Source: a virus
IMG/VR virus record: IMGVR_UViG_3300045988_044010
Length of the DNA: 64,000 nucleotides
Direction: 5' to 3' (one strand)
The notes beneath the pieces are model-generated. The model worked only from the letters and a program-made list of their open reading frames with translations. It searched no databases and was not told the origin of the DNA. Positions 50,781 through 63,839 of this stretch are shown one piece after another. Every line of letters begins with the position of its first letter. Within the stretch, counting starts at the first letter, position 1. The translations under genes and the position numbers were made by a program.

Positions 50781-51404
50781 ATGTTTTTAGAATTCTTGCC
50801 ACAAATACTTACAGGAGTAGCTTCAATTTTAGCTTTATGGTTCACTTATAATCAGTACACAAAGAATAAGATAACTGACTATAAGATTGAAAGATGGAAA
50901 AAGCAAGAGCATGTTAACAATGTTAAAAATGCTGGAAATATAGCTACAATTTATGGAGAACTATGGGAACTCCTATACTTCTTAAAAGCTGACAGGGTAT
51001 ATCTTATCCAACCACATCCTCTATATAGAGAGATGTACATATCTGCTACATTAGAAGTAAAACAATATGGAGTATCTTCAGTAAGAGATAGTTTGTCTGA
51101 TATCAAGATTGAAACAATCTCTAAGTTCGTATCTGATTTGGCAAATACTGAATATACATTTATAAACGATATAGATTCATCAGACTTTCTGGATAACAAG
51201 ATTAAGTCAATCATGACAGGTAATGGTTGTCACTCCGTTGCTATCAGAAGATTAAGCGATGAAAAGAATAATTGGATAGGATCTATAGTAATAGGTTACA
51301 TACATACTTTTGATGATAACGTAGATCCTCAACTTATCGAAAAAATGTCTAGGTCAAGTGCACTTTCGATCTAGTACATATTACCAGAATTCAAAACAGA
51401 ATAA
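50781..51404 (+). CDS. membrane-anchored protein of unknown function
   Basis: Track ORF extended through 1 TAG to the TAA at 51402. N-terminal TM segment. Confidence 0.6.
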
Positions 51405-51405
51405 C

Positions 51406-52017
51406 ATGTTATTAAAAAGCTTTTTCAACAAATTGGCAGTCACTATCATAATTGGTTTGACTGCCTTTTGTTTTTTTTAGAGATAGAAAATAAAGACACT
51501 AGATAAAAGTCTAGGTCAAGTAACAAACAATTACAAGTATTATCAGGAATTAAATAGCAAACTAAAAGAAGATAATAGAACCTTACAACTTACTATAGGT
51601 GAATTGAATAATAGTAAAGATAGTTTAATTACTGAAGTAAAGAAGGTTTAGAAGGAACTTAAAATCAAAGATAAGAATCTCTAGTAGGTACAAGTAATCA
51701 ATACAGAAATGAAAGACTCAGCATCCGTTGAAATAAAAACTAAGAATGTTGACTTTAGTGAAAAACTAAAGCTAAATGAATTAACTACTATCACAGTAAA
51801 TAGAAAAGACTCAATCTTAACTGCCATACTAGATCTAAGAAATTCCCAGATACTATTTGTAGAAGAAAAAAAAGAATATCGTAATTAGTATAAAAATGGC
51901 TTCTAGAGGTTCTTGCACTTTGATTGGAAGAAAGATCGTGTCAGAAAGTATCAAATACATAATAGCAACAAACTTATAAAGGTAACTGATACTAGAATCG
52001 TAGAAGTTACTAAATAA
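51406..52017 (+). CDS. membrane-anchored coiled-coil protein (8 in-frame TAG in 203 codons; lysis/spanin-like role is speculative)
   Basis: MLLKSFFNKLAVTIIIGLTAFCFF-TAG-R-TAG-KIKTLDKSLG... Includes a tandem TAG-TAG; TAA at 52015. Confidence 0.5.
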
Positions 52018-52056
52018 AAAATAAATCAATCTATTAATATATTAATCAATAATAAT

Positions 52057-52653
52057 ATGCATAGAATAATCCGTATAAAAGCTTATGAAGCTGAACACGG
52101 TCCTCATTTCAATGATGAGCATGCTCGCAAAGCTGTAAACAAGATGGAAAATGAAGACGGAACAAGAGGTCAGCATTGGTCACTTGAGGAAACTACAGCA
52201 TTAGCTAATCAGTATGGTATTCGTTTGGATGAAAAGATAAACAAATATGACTGGTACGTAGCATTAAATATGGTATACTCAGATTACTACCGTGTAGTTG
52301 TTAGCATGACAGGCTCTAATAATACGAAGTACTTCGTAGAATTAGCTAAAGCATGGCTGCATGACAAAGACATAGATGAAGGTAAAATGTGGTTCTACTA
52401 TATTTATGTAATGTGTGATAAGATTAGAAATGCTGAAGAGGATCTTTTCGAAAGACATTACAGCAAATATGAAGATGACGACGAAGAGGAACGTTACGGT
52501 AACTACCGTAGAATGGGCAGATCTTCATATGGTAGACGTAAAGAGTACGACAGAGAATACGATGAAAGAGACTTTGAAAGGGAAAGAGAGAAATTTTTTC
52601 CTATGGAAGAAGAATCCAAACGTGGTCGTTCTGTGCGCTACATTAGATATTAA
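52057..52653 (+). CDS. hypothetical protein with R/E/D-rich tail
   Basis: ORF track; no TAG. Confidence 0.65.
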   Translation: MHRIIRIKAYEAEHGPHFNDEHARKAVNKMENEDGTRGQHWSLEETTALANQYGIRLDEKINKYDWYVALNMVYSDYYRVVVSMTGSNNTKYFVELAKAWLHDKDIDEGKMWFYYIYVMCDKIRNAEEDLFERHYSKYEDDDEEERYGNYRRMGRSSYGRRKEYDREYDERDFEREREKFFPMEEESKRGRSVRYIRY

Positions 52654-52685
52654 TCAAATTAAATCAATCCTAAATAAAATCAATT

Positions 52686-53540
52686 ATGTTAGAAGATAAA
52701 ATTATCGTTCAAGATCGCGGTTTTGACGCTGGTCTAGCTGCTTTAATGCAGAATGCAAACAAAGGTAATATGGACCCTGCAGCTCTCATGGCTATGATGA
52801 ATAACAATGGTATGGGTGGCAATGGTTGTTGGTGGATTTGGATCATCTTACTGTTCTTTGTATGGGGCGGTTGGGGTGGAAACGGCTTTGGCAACAGAGG
52901 CGGTGAAGCTTCACAATTGGCTTCTCAACTGAACACAGATGCTAACACTAATCTGTTGATGCAGGCAATCAATGGTAACAAAGAAGCTATCAGCACATTA
53001 TCTAATACTTTGAATTGCGATATCAACTCAGTACAGTCTGCATTAAACACTATTAATACTAGCGTAAGTCAGATCGCTTGTGACACTAAACTTTCTGGTG
53101 CTCAGGTAATAAATGCTATCCAGAGTGGAAATGCTAGTCTTGCATCACAGCTCGCTTCTTGCTGCTGCGACGTAAGAAATGCCATAACTACTTAGGGTTA
53201 TGAAAGTCAATTAGCAATAGTAAATCAGACAAATACATTAACTAGCAACGCTAATACTCAGTTCAATATCCTAGGAGCTAAGATAGACGCTTAGACTCAG
53301 ATTATCAATGATAGATTCTGTCAACTTGAAATGCGTGAAATGCAGAACAAGATTGACTCATTACGTCAAGAAAACACTCAGTTGGCTTTGGCTGCTTCTC
53401 AGCAAGCACAAACAGCTAATATTGTTTCTCAGTTGAAAGCTCCGTGCCCAACTCCTGCGTACGTAGTTCCTAATCCTAACTGCTGCTATGGTGGGTTTGC
53501 AGGCTATGGATATGGCTACAACGAAGGATGTGGTTGCTAA
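52686..53540 (+). CDS. membrane protein with Gly/Trp-rich TM segment and Cys-rich C-terminus
   Basis: Track ORFs 52686 and 53331 are in one frame, joined through 2 TAGs. TM segment: CWWIWIILLFFVWGGWGG. Confidence 0.6.
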
Positions 53541-53556
53541 TAGAAAGGAGGTAATT

Positions 53557-54000
53557 ATGTATCCTTTCTATAATCTAGGTTACGGTTTTCCTCGTAGAAA
53601 TGTATAGAGATTAGATAGAGCTGGTATACCTGTAGCACGTACAATATACGTGACTACAGATACCGAAGCTAATCAGGTTACTTATGGTCTGTGCCCATAC
53701 CAATGGAGACAATTGCCAAATGAAGGTATCTTACTGTTGAACGTACAGCACACTCCTTCAGCTAGTACTGCTGCGGATGCAGCTATCCTGATTGATCCTA
53801 CTCATACTACATCTTCTGTTAACACAGTAAGCAATGTATCTGCGGGAGGAAAACAATTGGTAAATGGTTCTGGTGATCAGATGGTTAATCAAGAAGTTAC
53901 TGTTGGAAATAAATATTTCGTATACTATAATAAGTGTAATGGAATATTCCAAGTAGTAAACCATATTGTTACTCCAGCTGCCCCAGCTCCAGCAGCTTAA
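53557..54000 (+). CDS. hypothetical protein
   Basis: ATG at 53557, preceded by AAAGGAGG, is in frame with track ORF 53650 through 1 TAG. Confidence 0.55.
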
Positions 54001-54015
54001 TAATAAGGGCTCTAT

Positions 54016-54609
54016 ATGAGCCCTTTAAACACTATACTAATTATGATGACATTTTCCCAATTAAATATTGGTCAACCAATTCATGTGCTTGAGGTAGTAG
54101 GCACATTTAAAAAGAGTACTACTTACTATAGAGGTATGGTTACTAGCGTATCTAAGATATACGAAGAGCAACTACCACCACAACAATTTCCAATGCCTAA
54201 TTAGACTAGAAAGAAATTAGTAGATATAGTAATTAGTTGTGATGGAGAATCTAAGAAGTTGTCAGTAGAAGAAAACAAATCTATAGTGACAGATGGGTCA
54301 ATAGGTTTAACAGTGGCTACTGATAAACAACAAATAATAAACATGGTTAAAGCTAACTACGATGAATGCAAAGCTAAGAAAGAAGCAATGGCTAAGTATG
54401 ATGAAGAGATGAACAAATGCGAGAACATACTTAAGTAGTTAGACTATAATGACAAAGAACCTGAGAAAGAAGATCCAAAGATAAAGGAGCTGCAAGATCA
54501 GGTAGAAGAACTCAAAGGTTTAATAAAACAAGCGAGTAACATGGTTCCACCTTAGATGAAGTAGATGTTACCATAGAATATTCAAAAAGCAATGAATGAG
54601 GCTAGTTAA
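54016..54609 (+). CDS. hypothetical protein (5 in-frame TAG; start may be 54043)
   Basis: Track ORF extended to the TAA at 54607. The ATG at 54016 lies inside hairpin 54005-54025. Confidence 0.55.
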
Positions 54610-54623
54610 TACTAGCCTTTTTT
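54600..54623 (+). terminator. rho-independent terminator
   Basis: GGCTAGT-TAAT-ACTAGCC followed by TTTTTT. Confidence 0.75.
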
Positions 54624-54742
54624 CATTTATAGCCCCAAGAACAAACGCTATTAGTTCATATGGTCTATTGTATTACTTACTACGTAAAGTGGCTAGAAAC
54701 GCCTTAAAATACGTTATTATTATATTTAATAAATAATGCATT

Positions 54743-55399
54743 ATGAAATTAAACACATTGAATACTATTATTGATGATATTCTACTTGAATTGCGCAACA
54801 GTTCTATTGCCGAATCAGAACATATAAGTAGAATACAAATCGAGCAATGGATTCATAACTACAGAGCTATGTTAATTAAATAGGATATTGATAAAGGAAG
54901 AGATATCAATCCTATGTATGTGTAGACTCTGCCTTGTATTCATCTAGATCGTGTTGAGTGCACTCCCGGTCATATTGAATACGTAAGTAATATTGAATTA
55001 CCAAAGCTTATAGACTTTCACTTTAGAACTGGATTAGTATCTGTAAAAGATATGTTCGGCAATTTAATCTAGTTAGGAAGTGAAACTAAAAACAAATATC
55101 AAAAGTATAGAAAATATACATGCAAAGACTACATAGCATATCTGAAAGGTAACAGAATATATGTAGATGGAGGTAATCATCAGTTAGAATATATCGAGGC
55201 AGATGTTATATTAGAGAATCCAGCTGATGCAAATGAATGCTTTGATCCAGATATGCCTTATCCAGCACCAGCTCACATGATACCAACTATTAAAGATTTA
55301 ATCTTTAGTAAAGAGTTAAATATAATGCCAAAAATGCCTACTGATGAGACTAATAACTCTAGAGATGATATGTAGAACATTTATAAACAGCAGAAATGA
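54743..55399 (+). CDS. virion structural protein (function unassigned; 4 in-frame TAG)
   Basis: Hand-translated continuous frame from the ATG at 54743 to the TGA at 55397. No track ORF here because of the TAGs. Confidence 0.55.
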
Positions 55400-55845
55400 C
55401 ACACAGAAAATCTTACACAATAAGTGACTTCTATTAGTTCTACCTATCTAATATTGAAAGAGATACTGTATATGATATTGATTATAAAGTGTACAGACAA
55501 ATAATAGAAGACTATTTTAAATTTATAGCAGACTAGGTTATTGAACATAGTAGAGAATTTAAACTACCATGCAGATTGGGTAATCTAAGTATAGTGAAAC
55601 GTAGACCTAAGAACTTTGATAATAAGAGTCTAAGGATTGATTATCATGAAAGTGCTATACAAGGTAAAGCAGTATACTTTATCAACGAACATTCCAATTT
55701 TTTTAAATTCAGATTTTTGTGGTCAAAAAAAGACAGTCTTCTAAAAAATAAAACCAGATATTAGTTTGTTGCCACCAGAGCAAACAAGAGAAGATTAGCA
55801 CAAATAATAAAAAATAGAGAGCATGATTACGTGGAGATTCGCTGA
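55396..55845 (+). CDS. hypothetical protein (3 in-frame TAG)
   Basis: ATGA overlap with the previous gene; in frame with track ORF 55576. Confidence 0.5.
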
Positions 55846-56578
55846 TGTTAACAAATTACCTGAGGAATCTGGTATTTATATGATATTGAATATATTAAAC
55901 AATCATAAATACGTAGGTAGCACCAATAACTTTAAGAGAAGACTAACCAGACATCGCGGAGAATTACGTAAGGATAAACATCATTCCACTTACTTGTAGA
56001 GGGCGTATAATAAATATGGTGAAGACAAATTCATAATATATATACTAGAGAGATGTTAGCCTATAAAAGATACTTTGATATATTTAGAGTAGAAGTATTT
56101 GGATTTAAATCCAGAATATAATATCGAGAAAGTAGCAGATAGAAGATTTACTAAATAGGCAAAGATAAAAACAAATAAGGTAAAGCATCCAATACAACAA
56201 TATAGTTTAGACGGTAATTTTATCAGAGAATTTGACAGTATAACACAGGCAGCCAAATGGTGTGGAAATAAAAACAAACACCCTCAAATATCTTTGTGTT
56301 GTTAGGGTAAATTGATCCAAGCGTGCGGGTATCTATGGAAATATAAGAATGATGATAGAAGCATTATGCAAGTAACAAAACAACCTTGTGATAAAGGAAT
56401 AAAAGTTGATCAATTAGACATAAACGGGAACTATATTAAAACTTATGATAATATGAGAATAGCTGCAGAATCAAATGGATCAATACAAAATAGATCTGCT
56501 ATAAATAGAGTATGTAGAGGATAGAAGAAAACAGCTTTTGGGTATAAGTGGAGATACCATACAAATAATATATTATGA
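55823..56578 (+). CDS. GIY-YIG homing endonuclease (6 in-frame TAG)
   Basis: SGIYMILNILNNHKYVGSTNNFKRRLTRH...HHSTYL-TAG-RAYNKYGEDKF. The TAG sits where I-TevI has Gln (HSSIKLQRSFNKHG). Confidence 0.75.
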
Positions 56579-57486
56579 TAGACAATAATATGATATCATC
56601 TAAAGCAGTTATAGCCAAAATAATTGCTGATTTAGATTTAAAAGAAGATGAAGTTAAAATAACCGATATAAGAGAATATATTGGTGAGGCTATGGAAAAG
56701 ATAGGTGCTATATAGCAACTAGAACATAAAGTAGAAAATATTCCTGTAATAGGTTACTAGGCAAAGTTGCCATGTGATCTATACAGATTAAATTAGGTAG
56801 CATTTTCATTTGAGAATAGTTGTGGTTGGTTACCCATGAGAAAGGTTACCAACTCTTTTGGTGTTTATACCAAATGTGATAAATGCGATCCTAATATGAT
56901 AATTGGAGATAACGCTCTTATACCTTTGGTAAAGAATTTATACAACCTTATAGATGATAGGTCTGCATTAGATATCATTAACTCTGATCCTAACGTTAAA
57001 AAGACATTAAGTGCTTTAGTAAATCAATATACTATACCTAGTGTAAATGGTAGACTTATAGTAGGTAATCCAGCATCATTAAACGGATCATTACAATACT
57101 CTACTAAACCGGGGTATATTACAGTTAATGTTCCTTGTGGTTGGGTTAAGATATCTTATCATGCTATCATTACTGATGAAGATAGTATGCCTATGATACC
57201 TGACAATCCTTCTTATTTCGAAGCTATATTTTGGTATGTAGCTATGAAGTTATCTTATCCTAAGTATCTAAAAGGACAACTGAATCAAAACATATACTAT
57301 GATATGAAGAACTCATGGAACTTCTATCGTAGACAGGCTTACGCAGAAGCTATGATGCCGGGTGTAGATGAAATAGAATCTATCAAGAATGATTGGCATA
57401 AGTTATATACAGAGTTTGATGATCATGATACGTTCTTTGCTACTACTGGAGATGAACAAATAATATATAATTAGAATAGATTATGA
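56575..57486 (+). CDS. virion structural protein (function unassigned; 4 in-frame TAG)
   Basis: ATGA overlap; in frame with track ORF 56836; TGA at 57484. Confidence 0.6.
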
Positions 57487-60400
57487 CAAATACTTTACAA
57501 ACTAACAGTTTCGTAGGTGGTATGAATATGGATATTGATATTCATGCAATACCTGAGAATCAGTATAGATATGCTGAGAACATCAGAATCATTACTGATA
57601 CTGAAGGTACTAGTGGAGTATTGCAAAATATTTAGAATATTCGCCCAGTAGATGGTGGCGGATTTATATCAGATGATGAAACTGTATTATATGCTGTTAC
57701 TGTAGATAAGTATGCTGTTATTCTTACTGTAGATAGTAAAAACATAAATAGAGTATATAGAGTATCTGATTATAATAATCTACCTCTAAAGAACACTGTA
57801 ATAATAAAAGGTAAACTATAGTATGGTAAGTCTAATAGGGTTAAAATAGTAGCTAACTATGAGGCTGAGAATAATATTAAGATATACATAACAGATGGAA
57901 ATACTCCTATTAGAGTATTAAACATTATGGATAATAAGTATGTATATGAACCGGGTGTTACCAATGACTTGTTAGATAGTGAAGGCAATATTAAAGATCT
58001 AAGTATATTAGATTTAACTCCGAGTTCATTACTATCTCCTCCAAAAATAACAGAACTAGGCTCTGGTAATTTATCATCTGGTATTGTACAATATGTATAC
58101 CAATTATTTAATGTTAGAGGATCTAACACTATTATGTCTCCTTGTAGTGGTTTAGTGCATTTAACAGACAGTAATACTTCTAGTAGCCTAAATGAATATC
58201 ATGGGTTAGATAAAGAGGTATCTACAGGTAAGTCTGTTAAAATGACTATTGATCTGGTAGATAAAACTACAGGAATAAACTATAATAGTTATTATACTAA
58301 TTGTAGGATATTTAGGATATTTTATAATGATAACACGGCATTACCAACTATTGATGTTATTGCTGAAATTAAATCATCTAGTACAGCTACTAGTATTGAG
58401 TATGAAGATTTAGGTGGAACTCCAATTAATACTATTACTTTAGAAGAATTAAATTCTTTAACAAACAATTCATTTGTAGCTTCTACTATTGAGAAGAAAG
58501 ATAATAGATTATTTGCTGCTGGTATTAAAGAAAATACTTGGAGAACAGATTATGATGCTAGAGCTTATAGATGTACTAAGGAAGGGAGACTTATTCTTAA
58601 ATCTGCTAGCGGGTAGAATGATATTGATGTAATGCTACCAGAGTATGGTTCGCAAGCATGGAAGAATATATTATCAGATATAGATCCTGAACATGATTGC
58701 ATCAATCCCTATAACTCTGTAAAGGGATAGCCAACTGCTAACGATAATCTACAATATAGTAATAAGGTTGAAAGAGGTGCTAGAATATTAGGAGGTAGTG
58801 GTATAAATGTAAGCTATAGATTTGTTTATACTGAGCTTACTATGGATACCATGTAGTCTATGAATACATCTGCAACAGAAGGTCATGACTATGCTAAGAT
58901 TCAAGTACTCCCTCAGACTACATCTTCTATGACATTCTATTTCTTAGATGGACTGAAGGATACATCAATAAATCGTAGTATTCCAGAGTATTCTAGATAG
59001 ATGAATTATGCAGATCCATATATTGATGCTAATTTCAGAGGATATTAGAGAGATGAAATATATAGATTTGGTATTGTATTCTATAACAATAAGAGTATTC
59101 CATCTAATGTTAGTTGGATTGGAGATATTAGAATGCCTAACGCTCATGAGTACCCAACCTTCTTTGCAGGAGAAAATCTTATTGGTAAAGCATTAGGATT
59201 ACAATTTGAAGTATCTAATGTACCAGAAGAAGCAGTGGCGTACGAAATAGTAAGGTGTAGACGTACTATTGATGATAGAACTGTATTGATGCAAGGAGTT
59301 ATATCAGAGATAACCAACTATCCATATAAGTATATCAATAAAGGTGATGAACCAGATAATAGTTATAGACCTAGAATACCGCTTGGATACACAGATCAGG
59401 ACATACCTGTTAAGTATGCAAAAGCTTATCCTTATGGAGAACTAGGGGCTGAGCAATCCTCTATGTTCTATAATGATAGAGTTACAAAATACTATGTTAC
59501 ATTCATAAGCCCAGAACTAGATATAACAGGTGAAAGCTTGGTAGGCAAACTTAAGAATGCTCATGCTGAATTACTATATTATTTACACCCAATAGCTAGT
59601 AAAGGATACTGGTATAAAGCTACTGATAGTTCTAATGTATTTTCTAATAAATACTTTATAACTCCTAATAATACAAATTGGGGATTTTCTTCTGACAGAG
59701 TAACAGAATCAAAGCTCATAGGATGTTATAATAGTAGCATTAATGGATTTGTAATAGCATCTGAAGAATTTGGTACACATTAGACTGTACACTCTATATC
59801 AAACTTAATAGGCAAAAGATACATATTACATAATACTGCAATATCTGAAAATAGGTTAACTGTAGATATTAATAATAACTCTATATTTCCACCAATTATG
59901 GCTGGAGGAAATATTATGGCAGAAAAGATGCAGTACTATAGAACTATTGGTGATATTAATTATCTAAACTTAGGTCATATACACAACAGTGATGGCGATA
60001 ATAATGGTGCACGTAGAGCAGGACCATTTGGTTATTGCGCAGTATTGAATGGAGATTTTACTAAGATACCAAAGTTTCATAGAGTGGATGGTGTTATACA
60101 GGCTAACTACAACATAACAAGCGTAATAGGTTCTCAAGATATATTCTTGAATAAGGCTTGGTTTGAGTTACCAGTAGTAAACATAAAACTTAGTAATATA
60201 CCATATGGTGGGAATAGTTATATAGCTAGAACTAACTCTACATATATTAGTACTAACTCATTTACTACAGTAGGACCTAGTGGTGGTCAATCTTTAGTAT
60301 ATGGTGGCGATACTTTTATTGGTGTTCATGATCATAGGACTGCCAACGCATTCCCAGATCCGGGTGACGGAGATTATAGAGCATCATTAATTAGCTGTAC

Positions 60401-61649
60401 AGATTATATTCCAGTAGAAAGTAGTATTAATCTAGCATTGCAATATGGTGAAACTACTAGTCGTAGTTGTGAAGGTATGGATGATTATACTAACCCATAT
60501 TTAGGTACTACTATAGATGGGGGTACGTTGGGTAATTATAATAAATAGACTAAACCATACTATGCATATAATGATGCATATTCAGTTCAAGGTGATGCAA
60601 AGAAGTATGTTACAGAATCAGCTTATGCAATAACTAATGCTAATAATATAAATAGAATTGTATATTCACAAGCTAAGATTAATAATGAAGTAACGGATAG
60701 TTGGTTACAGTTTAAGTTTGCAGATTACTTAGATGTAGACAATCAGTATGGTAAGATAACCAATCTTAAGTCATTTAATGACAAACTGTTCTTCTGGCAA
60801 GATAGCGCATTTGGAGTAGCTTCTGTAAATGATAGATCACTTATTACTGATAACAATATTAGTGAACTTACTTTAGGTACTGGTGGTATATTGACAAGAT
60901 ACGATTATATTACTACTGGTAATGGGTCATCTGTTATAAACGACAATAGTATAACTAACTCTGACTTCGCATTATATTGGCATGATAGAGATAAAAATGA
61001 GTTATGCCAATTCTCTGATACTATACATAAGTTGTCTAAAGAGAAAGGAGTATAGACTTATTTGAATGCAAATCCTAACTTTGTAGTTCATGATTCATTC
61101 TATGATAATGAATTCAACGAAGTTAGATTCTGTTTCAATACTAAGACATTAGTATATAATGAATATACCCAAAGTTTTACTTCATTTTATACTGAAAATC
61201 CTACTAGTCACTTGAAATTTTCTGACAAGTTGTTATATATCAAAGACAATAAAGTGATGCAAACCGAAGATCGTGCGTTAAATGTAATGGAGTGTAAGAT
61301 ATAGTATATTATTAATAAAGATATACTATATACTAAGACATTTGACAATGTATTCTTTAGCGGTCAGTTTAGAGATATAAAGAATATGCTTACTGATGCT
61401 ACATTTAGAACTACAGATCAAGTAGGTACTATTACTTAGGATTATGTAAATGGTGGTTATGCTATAGATCATAGAGAAAATACATATAGATTTGCTATAG
61501 GCAGAGAATAGAATAGTGATGATACATTATCATATCCGGGCAGATTAAGAGGTAAGTACTTAATATGTGATCTTACTTTGAATTGTGGAGAACAACACAA
61601 CTTTACTCTCCCTAATATTAATACAACATATAGATACTCATTAGTATAA
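57483..61649 (+). CDS. large tail structural protein (1388 codons, about 14 in-frame TAG)
   Basis: Track ORFs 57927, 59133, 59898 and 61062 all share the frame of the ATG at 57483; TAA at 61647. Confidence 0.7.
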
Positions 61650-63838
61650 TGAAAAAAAAGAATAAGATAAATAAATACCAAACGGGCGGGTATAATTTTA
61701 ATAGTGATTATATAAAGTCAAGATACTAGAATATTACTAGTAATCCTTTGCGACCTATTAGTCCTGCAATGTCTGCACAAGTTCCATAGAAACTATCAGG
61801 AAATCCTATACAGACACAACCATATAATCCTAGTACAAGTACTAATATCATGGGAGTAGCTGGTAATATGATAAGTGGAGCAGGTGATATGTTAACTCTA
61901 GTAGGAGGTAATTCTAATGCTGCTACTGGAGGTGAGGCTGCTAAAGAATCTGTATAGAGTGTATTCAAGGGAGCTGCCACTGGAGCTAAAATGGGAGCTG
62001 AATTAGGACCTGTTGGAGCCGTTGTTGGTGGAATAGGTGGAGCTGTAGTTGGTTCCATAGGTAAAAGTGGTAAAGTACAAGTAAACGGATTCTATGAAGA
62101 TCCTACTCTTACATTAGGTACTGGATTTAAAGGAGCTGTATAGAACAAAGGTCTTAGAGAAAAGTACAGAAGAGAAAAAGAAAGAGTACTGGGTAATAGA
62201 TTTGCATTGCAAAATAGTGCATTATTGAATGCTGATTGGAATGAAACATATGATCAGTATGTAGATACTATGGCATATGGAGGTACTACTTCTAGTCTGG
62301 CTTATGTAGATGATGGTGAGCTTATTAATACTCCAGATGGTAACATATTAGAAGTACCAGAAGAAGGTAAACCTACAGATAGTAATTTAGTAAATATTCC
62401 GGAAGGCAGTAGAATATTAAGTGATACTTTGAAAGTGCCCGGAAGTAAAGAAACATTTGCACAAATGGGTAAAAGAATGATGTCTAAAAAGAAAAGTAAA
62501 GGCAAAGACAAATATGCTGAGAATTCAGCTAAATTGAATTAGATGAATGATCAAATGATTCATGATCAATTATTTAACCTACAAGAATCTATAAAGAGTT
62601 CTAAAAATCAATCTATAGACAAGTTTAAGGATGGTGGAACTAAACGAGGCTTCAGATATAGAGATAATTCTGGAAAAGAATATGATTATCAAATAGGTGA
62701 TACATTTGATTATAAAGGAAGAAAATATAAAGTAACAGATAGAAATAGTGCTGTACCATTAGATGACAAATACTCTGGTTTCAACGCAAACATGAATCCA
62801 GATAATATATTGACTTCTTTATATTAGACAGAAGGATTACCTATTAATTTGCCGAATGTAGATGCTTCAGCATCAGCCATTGCCGCCAATAGAATAGCTA
62901 GAAGACCTAGAGCAAAGATGGTAGATACTGTTAATAACGAATTAGATCTTAGTAATGAGGCTATAGATAGACTAGGAACAGAGAGAATACCTACAAGCTA
63001 CTCAGCGTCTCCCACTCGTAAAAGAACAGTATCAAGTGCTACTGCTGTACCTACTGCTACTAGATCTACTAGAACCAATGCAACTACTACTGATCTACCA
63101 CTAATAGATAATGCATTAGATTTAAGTGCAGAATACCCTTCTAGACTTGGACAGGAAACAATTTATACTACTCCTTCTACAGTATCATCTGAAGTACCAG
63201 AAGCAGGTTCTACAAGGAGCCCACGTATCAGAAATAGTTTTGATTGGAGAAAATTAGGTCAAGGATTGACAGATTTAGCAGCTTTAACTCCAGTATTATC
63301 TAACCTAGGAACTACCGCAGAAAGTTTTGATACAGTATATAATCCATACTCTAGTCAAATACTTAGTACTATGGCTGGTAGAAAATATGATATTACTCCA
63401 GCTAGAAGAGCTATCAGAGAGAACAGAGCTATATCAAACTACAATGCTTCTCAATCTAATACAAATACAGGAGCTAGTATGGCTTATAGATTACAAAGTC
63501 AGGTAGCTGCAGATAAAGCTATAGCAGATTTATATTCACAGAAGAGTAATATTGAGAATCAATATAAAGGAGAATACGCAAATACTCTCAATAACTTAGG
63601 ACAGCAATTTGTATCTGCTCGTAACATGTCTACTGATCTGAATGCTAGAAGTAGAGCAGCAGCTAGAAATATTAACAGAGAAGCTTTATCACAGATAAGT
63701 AACTACGCACAGAATAGAAGATTAATGAATAATCAAAAGTATAGAGATATGGCTATGTTGGATGCATACGCTCCTTTCTTAGAATCTATATATAAGACAG
63801 AAGATTATTCTAACTTAATGAGTAAATTTAGAAGATAA
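61649..63838 (+). CDS. virion internal/ejection-type protein candidate (729 codons, 6 in-frame TAG)
   Basis: Track ORFs 62207, 62543 and 62849 share the frame of the ATG at 61649. Gly-rich hydrophobic stretch: GAELGPVGAVVGGIGGAVVGSIG. Confidence 0.6.
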
Positions 63839-63839
63839 T

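Noticed and set aside
52415-52699. Track ORF 52415..52699 (+)
   Set aside because: It is an alternative frame inside the better-supported 52057..52653 ORF and runs across the next gene's start.
25121-53556. Shine-Dalgarno-like AAGGAGG upstream of a 17-codon Lys/Gly ORF (25135..25188) and of 53557
   Set aside because: There are only two instances, and the first lies within the preceding gene's last codons. This is not enough to claim SD-dependent initiation or a real 17-aa peptide.
28048-62511. Minus-strand track ORFs inside the late arm (e.g. 28048..28404, 29355..29669, 29967..30461, 40965..41234, 43733..44212, 61726..62058, 62302..62511)
   Set aside because: Each lies antisense to a long, protein-like plus-strand frame and has a low-complexity or hydrophobic shadow composition.
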